Assembly: GCA_002633005.1 (NCBI GenBank)
Contig: NMRA01000515.1
Location: 124,001 to 188,000 of the forward strand
DNA: 64,000 bases
Reading direction: 5' to 3'
From: Phoronis australis
Taxonomy: Eukaryota; Animalia; Phoronida
Position numbers and translations under genes: made by a program. The stretch's first letter is position 1, and the number at the start of each line of letters is the position of its first letter. The notes under the pieces were generated by a model. That model had not been told where the DNA came from. It searched no databases and saw nothing but the letters and a program-made list of their open reading frames with translations. Shown in pieces: positions 40,501-55,500 of this stretch.

Positions 40501-43500
40501 ACAAGTATGCTGCGCTTGTTCAGGCCATACCATAATAGGACACGTCTCCCGCAAAATCAGCAAAACTTGCGTTCTTTTTGAAGCACAGCTAAATACCAAC
40601 ATAGCAGCGAGGCTTGTGGACTACAAATTCCACACACAACGGTTTTTTCAGGACTGTCTGATCTTATTGATAAATTGAAGACGTTACTGTAGAATTTTAG
40701 AACTGTATATAGGTAAGGCATTTTCGCATGTACATGGCATTCATAGACTGGGCACTTATTTTAGCAAAGTCTGAAAACGGGTGGCAGCGCTTTGTCACGT
40801 TTTTCCCGGTGTGTGGGTGGGCGCAGGTTGTTACAGACCGGTGCTAATAGCTTTCGGTGCGAAGATTGACTGAAGACTGGTTCGAGTTAATCCTTTATTA
40901 ATCCCAACCATATGTTCACAAGCCTACTCAAACCAAAACGTCCGACGTAATGTCTGTTTATGCTCCAGCCAGTGCTGCGAAGCCTTGACTTGTGTTGAAC
41001 TTCTGAGATACTTCCAGCAACTGTTACACTCGTTGATTCAATAACCTGCTGTCTCTATAGCTGGCTCTCTATTGACTATCGCTGTAACTGCTGATTCTCT
41101 TCACTGCAACTCAACTGTAATCTCCTGATTAACTTTCTTGAACTGACTTGATCTCCCGACTTGATCTTCTTGGACTCAACTGACTTAATCTCACTAACAC
41201 AAACCCGTGCTTGTGTATTTATAGCCTAATTCATTGTTCTAGAACTTTTCATCAATTCAAGCACATACCAGAACTTTCTGGAACCTACCCAATCATTCTA
41301 CAAACATGTACTAGTCTCTGGAATATTCCAGACTGCATTAATCACTGTCATGCTAGAGTCTTCTAGAAAGTTCCACACTATACTGCAGTAAACAAATTAC
41401 ATCATCACTACTATGACCTCAGTCTTCTAGAAAGTTCCACACTATTTTGTAGTAAACAAATTACATCATCACTGTACTTAACTCAGGGGTCATGCCAATC
41501 AAACAGAATAACAAAACAATACAACTAAAAATACTGTCAGACTATATTCTGACACGCTTATTAGGGCGAATACCGTAAGCATCACATAAGTTGTAAATCA
41601 ATCATTCATTTAAAACTGAATAGTTTTTAACCGTAACATGTTTCACATTGCTGTAAACTAATATTTCATGTCAGAGCTTAGTGTGGAGACGTTTTTAGTT
41701 CACGTAGGAATTTCTTTGTCCAGCCTTTCGGTAACATTATGTGTGTTTCTCGAAAAGTAACTTATAGTGTAATTTTCTTGTGAATGTCAATATGCAATTT
41801 GATAACCATTATTACGTTTTGCACGAAGCACAGGGTAAGATCTAGTGAAACTTAATCGTATTGAGAGGGAGTTTGATTTTGTAATTCAAAACTCATGTTA
41901 TTGAAGCATTAAACCTTCCTTTTTTGAGTTTAATGCAGTGGGGTGTTGTTTACCTTTTCAATAAATTCATCATGGCACCAAATCGCGCTATTGAGCGATA
42001 GGATATTCAGTGTCCAACATTTCAAATGATGTCCATGAATAAGGAAGTTATGTTTGGTCCCTTTCAGCTCAGCCGTCTTGCAGACCAGAATTAGAAATAT
42101 GGGCTCTCAAAATTTTTGTGAGTTATTTGTAGAATGTTTCCTATCATGGCAAGGATTTTAAGGTCATAAGTCAATTTCACGATGGCTGTTTATGCATTAT
42201 TTGAAGGGTATGGTGTACTAAATTAATGCATTGTTTTCAGGAGGAAGTCCAGTGTCACAAGTCAGACAGAACATTGTTAATTAAATGCCTTGGCGATACT
42301 TCCTGCAATCCTGCTTTGAAACCTCAGGTACTGTTCTGACTTGAAATCATTGAATAAAATGTTTGTCATAGACTAAGAGGAGAAACATTTCTGCTGTTTG
42401 GGGACTTACCAACAAGCATTTGTTGATTAATGTGCAAAGTAATGTCTGTTGAGGTAAAAGCTCTTGAATTTATATTATTTTTTTGTAAAGGAAATGTAGC
42501 ACTGAATAAAAGTTTCTAGATTTTTAGGTTCTGTGTCATAGTTGTTATGAGATAATGTTTTATAAATTGTGGGCATTCAATATTGTGTTAAAAGTGCTTG
42601 AAATGTGAAAAAATTGGCAAATGAAATTGATGACATTTTATCTCATAAAGTGTTCGTCAATACTTAGTCCTTAAACATAGCTGAACATTCACTGGAGGAC
42701 TATTCACCTCTTGGTGAGAAAGATATAAACCAAAAGAAAGTAAAATTCTTGTTCAGTGTGTTATTGTTATTAAACCAAAGCAAATTACCTTGTCTGACTT
42801 ACTTAAAAAAACCGCATACGGTCTTTAGTTACCAGTTATGTTGCCTCTTTTTATCTTCCTCTAACAACAACGAATCAAATCGCCATGTGTCATCTTCTAG
42901 TCTTAGTTTTTGACCTATTGACGTCATGTAGTGACCTGAATGCCAGCTAATTGGAATATTTAGCATGGCGTTTTAGACCCACTATGACGGCATGTCTATT
43001 CTAATTTCCGGGTCCAAATTGCATCGTCTCCTGCCATAACAAGTCATCACTAAACATCTGAATAAGCCCAGTGAATGCTTCAGTTCACAAGTTCACCGGT
43101 AGATTAAAAAAATGTAAATGGCGGGGTGACAAGCGAAAAGCAAACAGTCAAATCTTTGAGTGAATAAGCTCTTTCAAAAGTCTTGATTTTCATGCAGTTG
43201 TATTCGCCGAGATCAGTTTTTTCATGCAATCACAATTTCGAAGTATGCAGGTTAATATTTCATGTGCAATTCGAGTGTGATATTATGACTTGATTCCACA
43301 CTTTCACTGTGTGGACTTCCAACCCGGTTTAAGAGTTATTTTGACTAATAAAATGTATGAATATTATGGGATAGAGTACTGTAACTGTAATGTAAGCTTC
43401 TGATAATAATCAGTGACTTCATACTCAGCCATAAAATCTATTTAACCTTTAACCTTGCAGCATTAAAGATTATTTATTTTAGTGCTTTTGATGTTTTCAT

Positions 43501-46500
43501 TTGTATCAGTTGTTTATTTATGTTGCAGTCCAGCTGTTTGGAGTTATACCAGTCTCTCTCAGAAAGTGACAGTGAAGTATCCAAAGTGATTGAAGACCTC
43601 TTTCAAAAATATACTGTTTTGTTTTTCGGCATCCAAAGAGATGATCCTGTCCAGGCCAAATTTCTTCAGAAGTTTGCTAAAACCAGCAAGGTAAGTAAAA
43701 GTTTTGATGGCTCCACTATGTGCTGTGTGCTGCATTTTTTCAATCTATTTATTGTTGTTATTTGGATATTTGGGAATTTTATGTTAATGTGGTCACAAAG
43801 CTATTTATCCTAACTGTGTTCATTTTAACTTAACTCTGGTATGAGTGGAACCTCGATGTAAACTGTGAAGTTAATTGAACCATTCATACCTGCTTCAGTT
43901 AATGGCATTGATGTAAGTGGTAGGTGACACTGTTGCCTTTGAAGTAATCGCAAGGTGGCAATCACATAAGGTGACATTTGTGTTAGACTTGCGGGGTTTT
44001 CGTCCCTGGCCTGTGCACACTCAGATTTTTTAATGTGACAAATTGAGAACATTTACGTGTGATAACTTTCGTAAAACTTATTTTTAATTCAACTGGTTAT
44101 TATTCGAGAAAAATAGTAGCAAATATTAATGATAAAACTCACCCTTAATTTTTGAGGATAGTAGTGGCTGGCCCTCGGGATAACTGCAATGATACCGAAG
44201 TTGGCCGTTTATACCACACCGCAGTGACAACACTCAGCTGTTAAATCCACCTGTTTACTGTAAAGTTATCTGGCACTGTTAACTGCAATCCAGGACTGAA
44301 GTTAATCGTTCATGCTGATTCCCAACGCCCCAAAACATTTATGAGTTGACATTAGTATGACTGAGCCTTTTAAGATACACATTACAATGTATTAGATACA
44401 ATCAAAACAAAAATTAAATCAATCTTCAATTTCAGAGTTCTGCATACACATAAGCACAATGAGGAAATCAAGGGATTGATATTCAGAAACAGAAATAATG
44501 TTGCTTTTTATTTTTCATTTTCTAGAGACAGCACTTCCTGTTTGAGTGTGGCGAGACGACAGACTGTGTGACAGATGGCTCCCTGACCGTCCTCCGTGCT
44601 AACACCAGTCCTGATGAGTTTGCCCAATATTTGTCCTCAGGTCAAGTTGTGGAGTATTCATTAGAAGAACTTAAGGGCAAGGTGCTGTCTACACATTTGT
44701 TTTTAAGCCTTGGAAGTTTTCTATTACTCTGATTAATCTGTTATCTGTTGGCTTTTAATTTTTCATTTTCTTTGCTACTAGATATTTAATTATTTTCACT
44801 TGATCACATATCTGTGTAGTTCTAAATTGTTTAAACTTTGGTATGAGATTGTGTTTTGGCAACTGGACATTGATGGAATTTGTACTTTAATCTTCAATTG
44901 CAATGCTATCTTGTTTTGTTGACCTTGCCATAAGAATGTCTTGTCATTGTGCGCATTTGCCTGTTTTAGGTGTTAGAAGTCTCCTTTTTGCCCACCCAGA
45001 GAGAACAGTATCTACTGCAGCAGCTGTATTTAGAGCAACAAAGTGTGGAAATTGGCATTCAAACAGTCAAGATCACAAATGCTCTGTGTACTGATGAACT
45101 GTTGAACAAGGAATCCAGGCCTGCCATTCGGAAGATTTTTGAAAACGACCCATTTAGTATGTTATTTTTGAAATTTTTAGAATAATCTTCAGTTTATTTT
45201 TAACATCCATGTTTTAATCTAGTAAGGTAATTTTTGAGCATTCAGAATAACTTGACGCTAATTTTTCCAGGAGATCCCTATCATGGCATACATTGAAAAT
45301 TGGATTTTACTTGCACATAGTCCATCGAACATGGTTCATGAAGGTGTCTTTGTCACAGGTGAATAATGAACAATGGTCAAGGGTACCGCAGTAGTTGCAG
45401 AAAATGCAGCATTCCTTTTTGTAATAACATGAGCTAGTGACCTTTGATAAATCAGACCCCTGGTGCACTGAGTGGGTTGTTTGTTGTTCTGAGTTTCCAC
45501 AAAACTGGGCTTACATCATGACAAAGGAACTTTGAGGCACATATTAGTTAAGGATCCAGAAGTTTAATGCTCAAACATAGGGCATCGGATTTAGTACTCA
45601 CACTTCTGTGACGATTACAATCTATTTATTTCTTAGTCCTTCTCTCTTTTCCATGTATTATAGATTTATAAAGACACTAGTCACTTACAGGGGTACTATT
45701 AGATTTATAAAGACACTAGTCACTTACAGGGGTACTATTAGATTTATAAAGACACTAGTCACTTACAGGGGTACTATTTAGATAAAACTAACTGTGGGAC
45801 CACAGCAAGTGAGTAATATCATAAAAAGATGTCGATGAAGCTGTTAAATGTTGACAGTCAAATACATGAGCACATTCTTATAGATGATTACTTCATGGCA
45901 AACTAGTGTTAAAATCTCATTTACTTTGTGATAATTGTGAATGGTTTCACATAACCGCAGAAATATCAGCTTGTCATCTGTGTGCAATAACCCATTTGTA
46001 GTGGGCCGATGGGATGACAGTACAGTTGACAAGGTAATGACAGCTATGGTGAAGAGGAGGAATAATTTACTGAAGGTAAGTTGTTCTCAGTTTTTTTAGG
46101 TAAACATTTGTTAAATCATTGAATAAATTCAGTAAGCCAATAGAATTAACCAAGTATGTTTACCGTATAGCTCATCTAGATCATAGCTTAGATTTGCGAT
46201 AAAATGTGGTGCAGTCTGGTATTTAGATTAAATGTATAGTTAAGTCTTATCAGGTTATTAGTCGTAAACTATCATGTCGAGTAAATCCTAATTGTTATGA
46301 CAGTGCTATTACCAAAACAACCTTTGTCATCCCAAACCCCAAAGAAAATTAAAGCGATAGATTGAAAGCTACTTTGCTGTTGTTAAGATGTATACACGTC
46401 TTGACTATTCATTTTAACCATAACTTTTCCTTATTTCATCCTGCAGTTCGTCTATATTTTGTTTAAAAAATGCCCCCCCCCCCTATTTTCTCACAAAATT

Positions 46501-49500
46501 CTGAGGTCTTCAGTTAATGCATCATGGAAGTGAGACATGTCCTGAGCATTGCCAAGTCAGTCGAGTATCTCCATTGATGTGTGCCAAAAGCTCTAATGTT
46601 TTCTTGCGAATTTCAACGTCATAGTTTTAACTGGCGTTGGGATTTATTTTGAAGACGAATGCCAGTGGGAGATTGGGACAATACATCATGGGCTGGGGTG
46701 TCTGTGCACAGACTACCCACTGATCTAAGACTGCGTCGCCTGTGGGTAGACTGTCAAGTGCACGAGCAAGCACAATTAGGATGGTTGAACCATTTTTTCG
46801 TTTTTAAAGAAATTCTTCAATATCATCAGAAAGATAATGCATCCCGCACTACAAAAATTAAAAAAAAATATCGAAATCAGGGGAAGCAGTACAAAGTTAT
46901 AGCAAGTTTTGTGGAGAAATTTAGGTCACATTTTTTGGATCGGGTCAGCCATCTTGGAAGACAGTGGCATAAATTAAGAGTCTAAAACTGTTTATAAATG
47001 GTATTTCACTCGTTAAATATATTTTTGTGAGCACATGGACCCGTTTTACTCCTTCCCCCCCTCATTTCAGTCTATTCCATTATTCCTTGTGCAGGACTAC
47101 ACTTCGTTTTCCCAGCCTTCATATTGGTCTGTTGTTATCTCGTGTCTTGAGTTTGGTCAGCTCTTGGCTCTCATAGGCTGATGATTGTCACATGTCCTTA
47201 GGCATTTTCTTTGCTATGGCAACCTTGTTTTCAGTTCACATTTGTTCAAGCCACATTGTCGTACGTTCCAAAACTTATTAATTTTTCCCACCCTCTACCA
47301 CCCTGTTTTTGTTCTTTCGTACTTCCACGTGGCTGGCACTTTTTTATTGCCCATCTTACCAGAGATTATCATTTTTTTATTTTTATTATCTGTATTCACT
47401 ATATTTACTTGAAATTCTCTTCGTCATAATAAATGACCTTATATTGCCTACCTCGGTCTCCTTGTCATCTCTGGTAACGAGCTTTGCATGTATCATTTAT
47501 CCATTATTCGGGACATATGTTGATCATAAATTATTTTTACCAACGTTTTACAGTGAAAGTTAGTGAGACGTATCTTTATCTGCTATTGCATGTCATTTAA
47601 CAGTTTTCACCAGAATTTAGTCACGGGTCGAGTGAAAACTTGCAAAAATTTACTCGTCGCTTGAAGACTCATTGCTATAATTCTCGTATTCCACGTTGGT
47701 TCCTAGCCTTGTGTGACTGAGTATACCAAGCCTGTCTCACTTCCGTGTCGTCATCAATGATTACATAACACACAAGCCTGCATTCAGAATTGACTCACCT
47801 GAAGTGGGATGACATCATTAACTCCTGGGCTTCTCTAATTAACTGCATCATGCGGACATTAACTGCTTTGTGTAATGTGTTCATATAGTGCTATCTTTTT
47901 GTTGGAAGGAGTTGTTATAAGTGCTATTCAGAACGAAATCAATATAGATCAGTCATAGAGGTAGTAAAACTTATTGCACCACATTGCGTTCAACTATTAC
48001 ACAAATTCTATTCAAAATTCAGAATGATGTTTGTTTCCATTTTTTGTTACATTTCAGGTATCCTCTACTGGCACTGCTAAAGTCACTGCAGTGTTCAGTT
48101 TTCAAGCTTTCCTTACAGAGATCAGTTCTTCAAAATTAACGGAAGAAACTAGAAAAATGGCTCTGCGCAAATACACTATGGTCATACTCCACAGTTGTAG
48201 TGAACTGCACAGTAGTTACAACCTGTGGCTGAGAGCAATACCTCCCGAGGAGGATGCAGCTTCTATATTGGATGAGAAGTTTGGAATATTTCGTTTGAAA
48301 GGTAGGAAAGTGATAATAGATTATGTCATGCTTGTATTTATCTTTTGGTTATGATATTAACTGCTTGTAGAAATATGGTCATGTTGACATAGATTTTTTG
48401 ACTCCCCCTAGTGTCGAATTTGTTTTTCGCCCGTGCTTGAAGTCTATCTTCAATAGCAACACAGTGTAAATTTGGTTCCTACAGTATGTTAAGAGCATCG
48501 CTCTGAGCCAACTAGTGCCATAAATTGCCAAATGTAACAAAGTGTTAGGCGTATTAGCTTGCTTTTGTTTACGTCACCGCGAGAATCACCTTTTAATTCA
48601 AACAGCTGTGAATAACTCCCACATGCAATGGTGTTTTGTTCGGACCCTATTCAGTGCAACTGTTATCAGCCTTTTGTTGTTTGTGCTGGGATCTCGCGGT
48701 GACGCAACATGGCATGAAAAGGCAGTTTCACCTATCATTTGACGGGCTATATTTGCGTTTTCTTAAGGCTTTGCTAGGACTATCTGGTTAGCCCAATACA
48801 TTTAAAATAACAAAATTCCGTTGAAGTTAGGCTTAAATGTCTATCAAGGTTGTTGATGGATATTCTAGAAATTTGGTATGTATGTTTCAATGGAAATGGG
48901 TATGCCTGCCATAGATTTTGGGACAACTTCAACTACTGTGGAGTGTAGCATCCACTAGTTGACAATTTTGGTATTGTTTATGTGTGACATGTGGGTCTAT
49001 ATTTGCCAAGGTCCTTAACAGAAGTTCACAAAATTTGACAAACAAATTGTTATCAAAAAGGAGACAGCAGCATGTGCCTTGTTTCAGACATATCTGATGT
49101 ATGCTGCAGCCTATAGTGACCTTTTTAATATTAATTATATGTTACATGATACAAACACCTTGAAATGCATAATGCTTGCGGTGCAGTCATGGGTGCATTG
49201 GTCTTGTTTTCCAACCACTCAGAATTTTTGTTTATAACAATCATAAATTAAATACTAAGACACGTTTGAGGCAATCAAGTCTTTATTGTTATTTTCCAAC
49301 CTTCAAAGCTTGAAAAAGTAACATTTTGATCAATAAGTATAATGCACATTTGTTTGTTTTAGTTTAATAAATTAAGTCTTATCATAGTTCCTTCTAAAAA
49401 TACTCATTACATGTCCCAGTGCAATTACTTTACCTTCTGAATGCTCCTCCTAAGGTGGCCAAGATGAAGGGATTGCCTATGCTGAACCTGCCATAATTGG

Positions 49501-52500
49501 TAAAAAGTCATACACGTCTCACTTTTTGAGTATCAATGGTCCAGAGGTGTTGAGGAAACGACGAATCATTGAGAGGAGTTTGACCCAAGCTTGGGACCAT
49601 GAGAGAACTGTGTTTGAGTTGACTGTTGCTGTATTAAGGGAAAACAAGCTGATTAATGCACTGTCGGTAAGTAGGAGCTGGCAGGGCTGGATTATGATAG
49701 GAGTCTCTGGCGGTTCTGAACCCTCCTGCTGAGTTGCTTTTGTTTTTCTGTATGGGAAGAATATGATGTACTTGTGTTTGTCCATTGTCAATTAACCCTC
49801 CTCTACTTAATGTCAACACTGCTACAACCAAGTCATGTTTACCATTGTGTATTGTGACGTGATCCTGATGTGCGAAAGTTGCCATATTGTATAATGTGTT
49901 ATTCTTGTCAATGAATTTATGACCAAAAATTATCAAAAGAAGGAACAATTAAGGATTACTGCTATTTTTAACTATTTGTTTTTAATGCTGAAATGCTGAC
50001 CCCATTCCCTAGTTAATGTTTACTTATTTAATGGTTTGTGTGAGGTGTATGTATTAGAGGTGTTTGTATAAGGTGTATGTTGATATCTACATTTTACAGT
50101 TACTTGCAATGCCTTAAATTATGGAATAAAAAAGTCAAGGTTCACACAGTAAGGCATACAACATTTTGAAAGTTTGTGTTTTTGTAGACGCGTGATCGCC
50201 AGTGCCTTGAGTCACTGCAGAGTGTTCAAGTTCTGTCAGAGATGAACTTGATAACTGGGAGTTTTGAGAGGATCAGTGAAGGTAGTTTTGGAGAAGTATT
50301 CAAGGCCAAGTGGAGCAAAAATGGTGTCATCAAGAATGTTGCTGTGAAAATCTTGAAAAACATCAGCTCAGTTGTTGACCTTGACAACTACCGCAGGGAA
50401 TATGAAAGTATGAGGTGAGCTTGAAGTCCTGTAAAAATTGTTGCTGCAGTTGCCAATATCCTGAGGTCTTCTAGCTATAACCTCACTCCATGATCTCAAA
50501 ACTTGCAATAAGATCAAAACCCTTTCTGCTCAGCAACTTCTAGTGTTATGACCTCTATACCCAATACGACACATCATTCTTAGACAAAACATTTCATATT
50601 TCAATCGCAGTAGGTTCACGACTGTCCAGCAGTCACACCTAGACCGACACATTGCTCAAGTTGATTGTCTCGCAATGATATCACGGGATGATTCAGGATT
50701 GTCTATTATAGAATGAGTTGCAGTCTCTTACTAGCCTGATCTTAAAGATATTAGTCTTTCAGGTTTACAATAATGATTGTTTAACCTTTAACTAGAGTCA
50801 TGTGATATTAATTAGATGTAGACTTGTTGCTGCTATTTGCTCTGACCCACAAAACGTTGCTTCCTTCATGATTCTCATGTAAACAATATATTGTTCAAAA
50901 CTGTTCACCCTATATCTGAAGCATCAACAGATAACATAACAAGTAGTACATAACAATTGTTTCATAGTGTGAGATCCATACAGCTCTTCACAGTTGAGCA
51001 TGTTGCATGCGTTTTACTTTCACCCCTAAGTCATCTTCAAAGTTTTCAAAATTCATTTTAGTAAAGCCAAGCATCCGAATATTGTGGAAGTGTACGAGCC
51101 TTACAGAAAGAGCAACCAACTGGGATTGATCATGGAGTTCATGGAGGGAGGTAGTATTCGAGACGTGATCAATAAGAACCCTGGCGTGGGTCTGTCCAGA
51201 GAGTTCACCTACCGATGTGCACACCAGGTGGCGTTAGCTCTAGCATTTCTTCATCAGCAGCAAATTTGGCACAGAGACATCAAGGTGGACAACATATTCG
51301 TAAGTGGATCGGTTCTGTTGTGGAGGCTGGTTAAGGTTACCATACTAGCACGGAAAAGTGTATGTAGGAAATTTCAAATACTTTGGCTGTTTTTAAGGGC
51401 CATATTACTAGATGATGGTCGTTTCATGCCAATTTTAGCACCCATCATTGCAGTATGCTTTGCTTCACATTAATCTCCATTTCAAATACCATCTTTAATA
51501 CATGACATTAACCAGCAATACCTTACTTTTGTCTTCAGTCAAACACACGATATGAGTGATCTGAGTGGTTAATCATTTTGATTTTTGTAAAGTGTTCTTC
51601 AATTTAACACACAGCGTGTCAGATGAATGGAATTTTATTTTGTCAAGTTTATCAACAAACACCTGAAGTGTTTTTCTTCAATTTATTGTGCTTTGTTGTG
51701 TATAGCTATCATAAAACAAAATGAAAAATTGCAGTTTTGACAACTATTTCTGGGAAATTGAGAGGTTACTGTTACAATACTATTTCCTCGTCTATAATTG
51801 ATTTGATAATGGCAGTATGTATGACACACACCTAATGCCTTGACATAACATGAGTAGACGCTCGAAAGTACAAGTGGAAAAAGCAAAATACAAATAGAAG
51901 TCGTATGGGTGCTGGATGTTCAGTTTGCATTTTTTCATCGCCTCTTTTTTGCAGCCCAAATTCAGAAATATGAGGGGACATTTTTGTCTGTGTTGAACGC
52001 TGTTCTAATGTGTTAAAATTTAAATACATTTTATGTTCATATTAGATTTTCTCCTGCTTTGCAGCTTTCAGGGGACCATCAGACTGTGAAGATCGGTGAC
52101 TTTGGTCTGGCAAAGCTGAAGGCCAACACACGTAACACCAACACACAGGACGTGGGCTCCTATCGTTATATGGCACCAGAGGTCGCTAGTGGCACAGCTA
52201 TGGGCAAATATTCTGCTAAAGCTGACGTATACAGCTATGGTAAATTGTGAAACAATGATTCATTTAATAAATGAATCTGGTTGTTTCTGGTGTAAGTTTT
52301 GATAGCTATCAAATCTTTATTTTGGTCTGCTAAGTCAGCTAAAACAGAGATTCAAGTTAGGCCATTAACTCTCATAATATTCCTTAGTATGATAGGATTT
52401 TATTTCTATTATCAACAAGAATATCGAGACCATCAGCGACTTAAGAAAACTCATCAGAGTTTATTGTGGAAGGCCAACCCTAAAGCTGGGAATTTGAGAA

Positions 52501-55500
52501 TTGCGCACATTGACTGTGGGTTAAGCTGCCGGCTCCTTTGGGAACAATTCAATCATTGGTAAATGTAGCAATCTTGCAAAATGCCCCAGGATGCTGAATA
52601 TCATTATAGCAAAATCAAAAGTTTACACAAAAGGCATACAGGTAAAATTTGTTTGCTTTTCCTGGCTTCTTTTGTTATTGGTAGTTTCTGCGACATTACA
52701 AATGTTGGTAGAAAACAAAAATGTTGGTGATCTTTATTCATTAACTTTACTTGTGCACTCAAAGTTGTTTGTTTATTTTCTGTCATAAATATGTTGAGTT
52801 CTTCAAATGAAGTCTAGTTCTCAACTTGTTCCATACTCAGATTAGAACTACATTGGGAACAATTGACAGTTTGTTATTGCTTGTGGTCATACTTGGCAAA
52901 TAAAATGACCCACTGGAGACCATAAACCATTCCTTATTTAGTTAGGGACAATTTGAGACTAATTTTATAGTTGTAAGTGACATTTGCTCAGCCAGACAAA
53001 GGGGGTCTAACAGTCATGGAAGGGGGTTGGAATGAATGACTACTTGGCGCACTTTGCAAAATTGAAATGGGTTTCGACTGTGGTAGGGCTTTTTTGCTAT
53101 TGCCCCCCTCCATTGTACCCCCTGTGGCTACATCAATGGTAAATGATCTAAATCAAAAGTTGAGATTTGAAATTGGCGTATACCTGTAATCTTGTTGTTT
53201 CTTATTATCGTTGATCAGTTTCTGTTTATAAAATTACATGAAATGCAGTTTCCAGTATACCTGAAAATCAGGTTTTATGTCTTTCGTGTCGAGGAACATT
53301 GAGATAGACTGGACCCCAAGTTTCAAAAACAATGGTCACTATAACCGTAGTGCCTGTCGTTAACTGTTGTTTATGCCCATGAGGAATGAATAAACCTCTC
53401 ATTAATCATAGACCCTCCACTAGTTGCTATTTCCAATGTGAATGTATTCATTTTGTGACATCATAGGTGGTGCAGTGAGTGAAATGAACAAAACTTTTTT
53501 AGTAACTTGTTCAATGTGTCAAATTGGAATTTCTCTGGAGGTTCTTACATTTTTGACAGTAAACTAATGAATCACCTTTGGATTTTAAGAAAAAAATTAC
53601 AGCTATAATGTTGGAAAATGTGCAGCTATCACTGTCTATAAGTCATATCAGGAGACATGAGTCGTGATGCAGTTTTCAAAATGACCCTTTGCTATGTTTT
53701 CCAGGTTTGATGTTGGCTGAGATTATGATGGGTAACCTTGTATTTAGTAACATTCCCATCCACCAGGAGGTCTACAAACTCAAAGTATCTGCTGACTTGC
53801 CAGTCCTGTTGCCAGTATGTAACTCTTTCATTGATATTGACTTCTCAGTGACTGTTTCTGGTTTTGTAGTGTGACCTTCTCAGTAAAGGACTGCTTTCTA
53901 GCATTGTCTTCAAAATAAATCTGCACTATTGCACATTTGCATTATGGTTGTATGGGGGGGACGGCAGATGAAATAAAAATTTATGGGTGGTTGTCTTCTG
54001 AAAGAAATTTAAATTATAGGTGGTCTTTCTTGAAAGAAGTAAAATATTGTTGGTTGGTGTTTTTCGTCCTGTAAATGTTGGTAGGTGGGTATTTTTGGCC
54101 AAGCACCGACCTCCGACCTTAATACCTCTGAAAAAACTCCAAAACTCACCACAAATTCACTTGACAGATATCCAAAAACAGCAGAAACAAGCCAAGGTGC
54201 TACTGTAGTTTACACTGCAATATCAGAGATGTGTTAAATGATTCTTGGCAATATGTACACTGTGCCATTACTCAAGTCATGGGCAACTTAATTACAGGCA
54301 ATGTTGTACAGTCATTTTAGAGTGAAAATTACTGACACCAAGACTAAATTGGTGTTAACACATTCAAAAAAATTCTCTCTGATGAATTTTTTAATAAAAA
54401 GTATGTGGAGTCAGATAGACAAGCTCCAATATTCACTTGGCAAACCAGTCTAAAAGCATTCGTGGAATCACTTTGAGATTCGTAGATTCATGAAATTGAA
54501 AAAATCTTATTGAAATTACAGACGCCTGGTAGACAGAGACACCTGGTGGCTGCCTAATGTATTGTTCACAGTTGTCTTTAAAAAGCAAGTTTCTGGTAAC
54601 TGACATGAGTTGTGATCTCACATAGCATTTTTTGCACAATTTAAAAAATATTGGTGGTTGCATTTCAACTTAATTAAAAATTATGGGTAGTGGTTAAAGA
54701 AATAAAAGAAAAATATGGGGAGTTGATAAAAAATGAATGTGCTTTCCCCACCCCCGTCTCCCATATGTTTTGTACTGGAACAGCCCTTATTATAAACTTC
54801 AGTTGTCAATATTTAAAGAATGACAAGAACTTTAAAATAGCATAACCGTATAAGTTACAATCGTATGAACAATGTGACATCATTGGTTCTTTGCAGGAGC
54901 ATAGTGAAGAGCATTATGGTGCCCTGATGTGTAACATTGTGAAATATTGTGTGCAGCGTAACCCTCAGTTCAGACTCGCCATACAGCAAGTTTTGAACAT
55001 GTTAGACAAAGGTCAAGATGAGGTCACCGCACGCTACACGCCCTCCACTGGGCTCTATCTGCTATGTCTAGGTACTGGTAAAGGAGCCACAGGTATGGAG
55101 AGGTTCTGAAATGAGTTAGTTGATTAAGATTGGTTGAAAAAATGTTGACTATTATGAAAACGTTGATTCATACTTACAAAATATGGGTATCAGCTAGACT
55201 TTGGAGGACTATAAACCTGAAACAATACTGGTGTGGGCAGAGTTTTAATTGATACATTCTGTTACATAGTATTGTGCAATAGATTGACATTATTTATTTT
55301 TTATTATTATTACTCCAGAATGTGAAATTAATTGTTAACTTACTAAGTATAGCAATATTTCTGTTGCTCTTGAGGAATGCGTCTGGAACCATGCCGTTAT
55401 TTATTCATCTTAATTCTGTTTTCTGTTTAGCTGTGATTCACAATGAACCTAGTTCATCCTTTGTCATACTGAACAACGGGCATCCACTGCTTCTGGTTGA

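Noticed and set aside
45271-45358. Possible extra exon (ttccag...acag|gtgaat)
   Set aside because: It has a stop codon in the phase required after exon 6, and exons 6 and 7 already join in frame.
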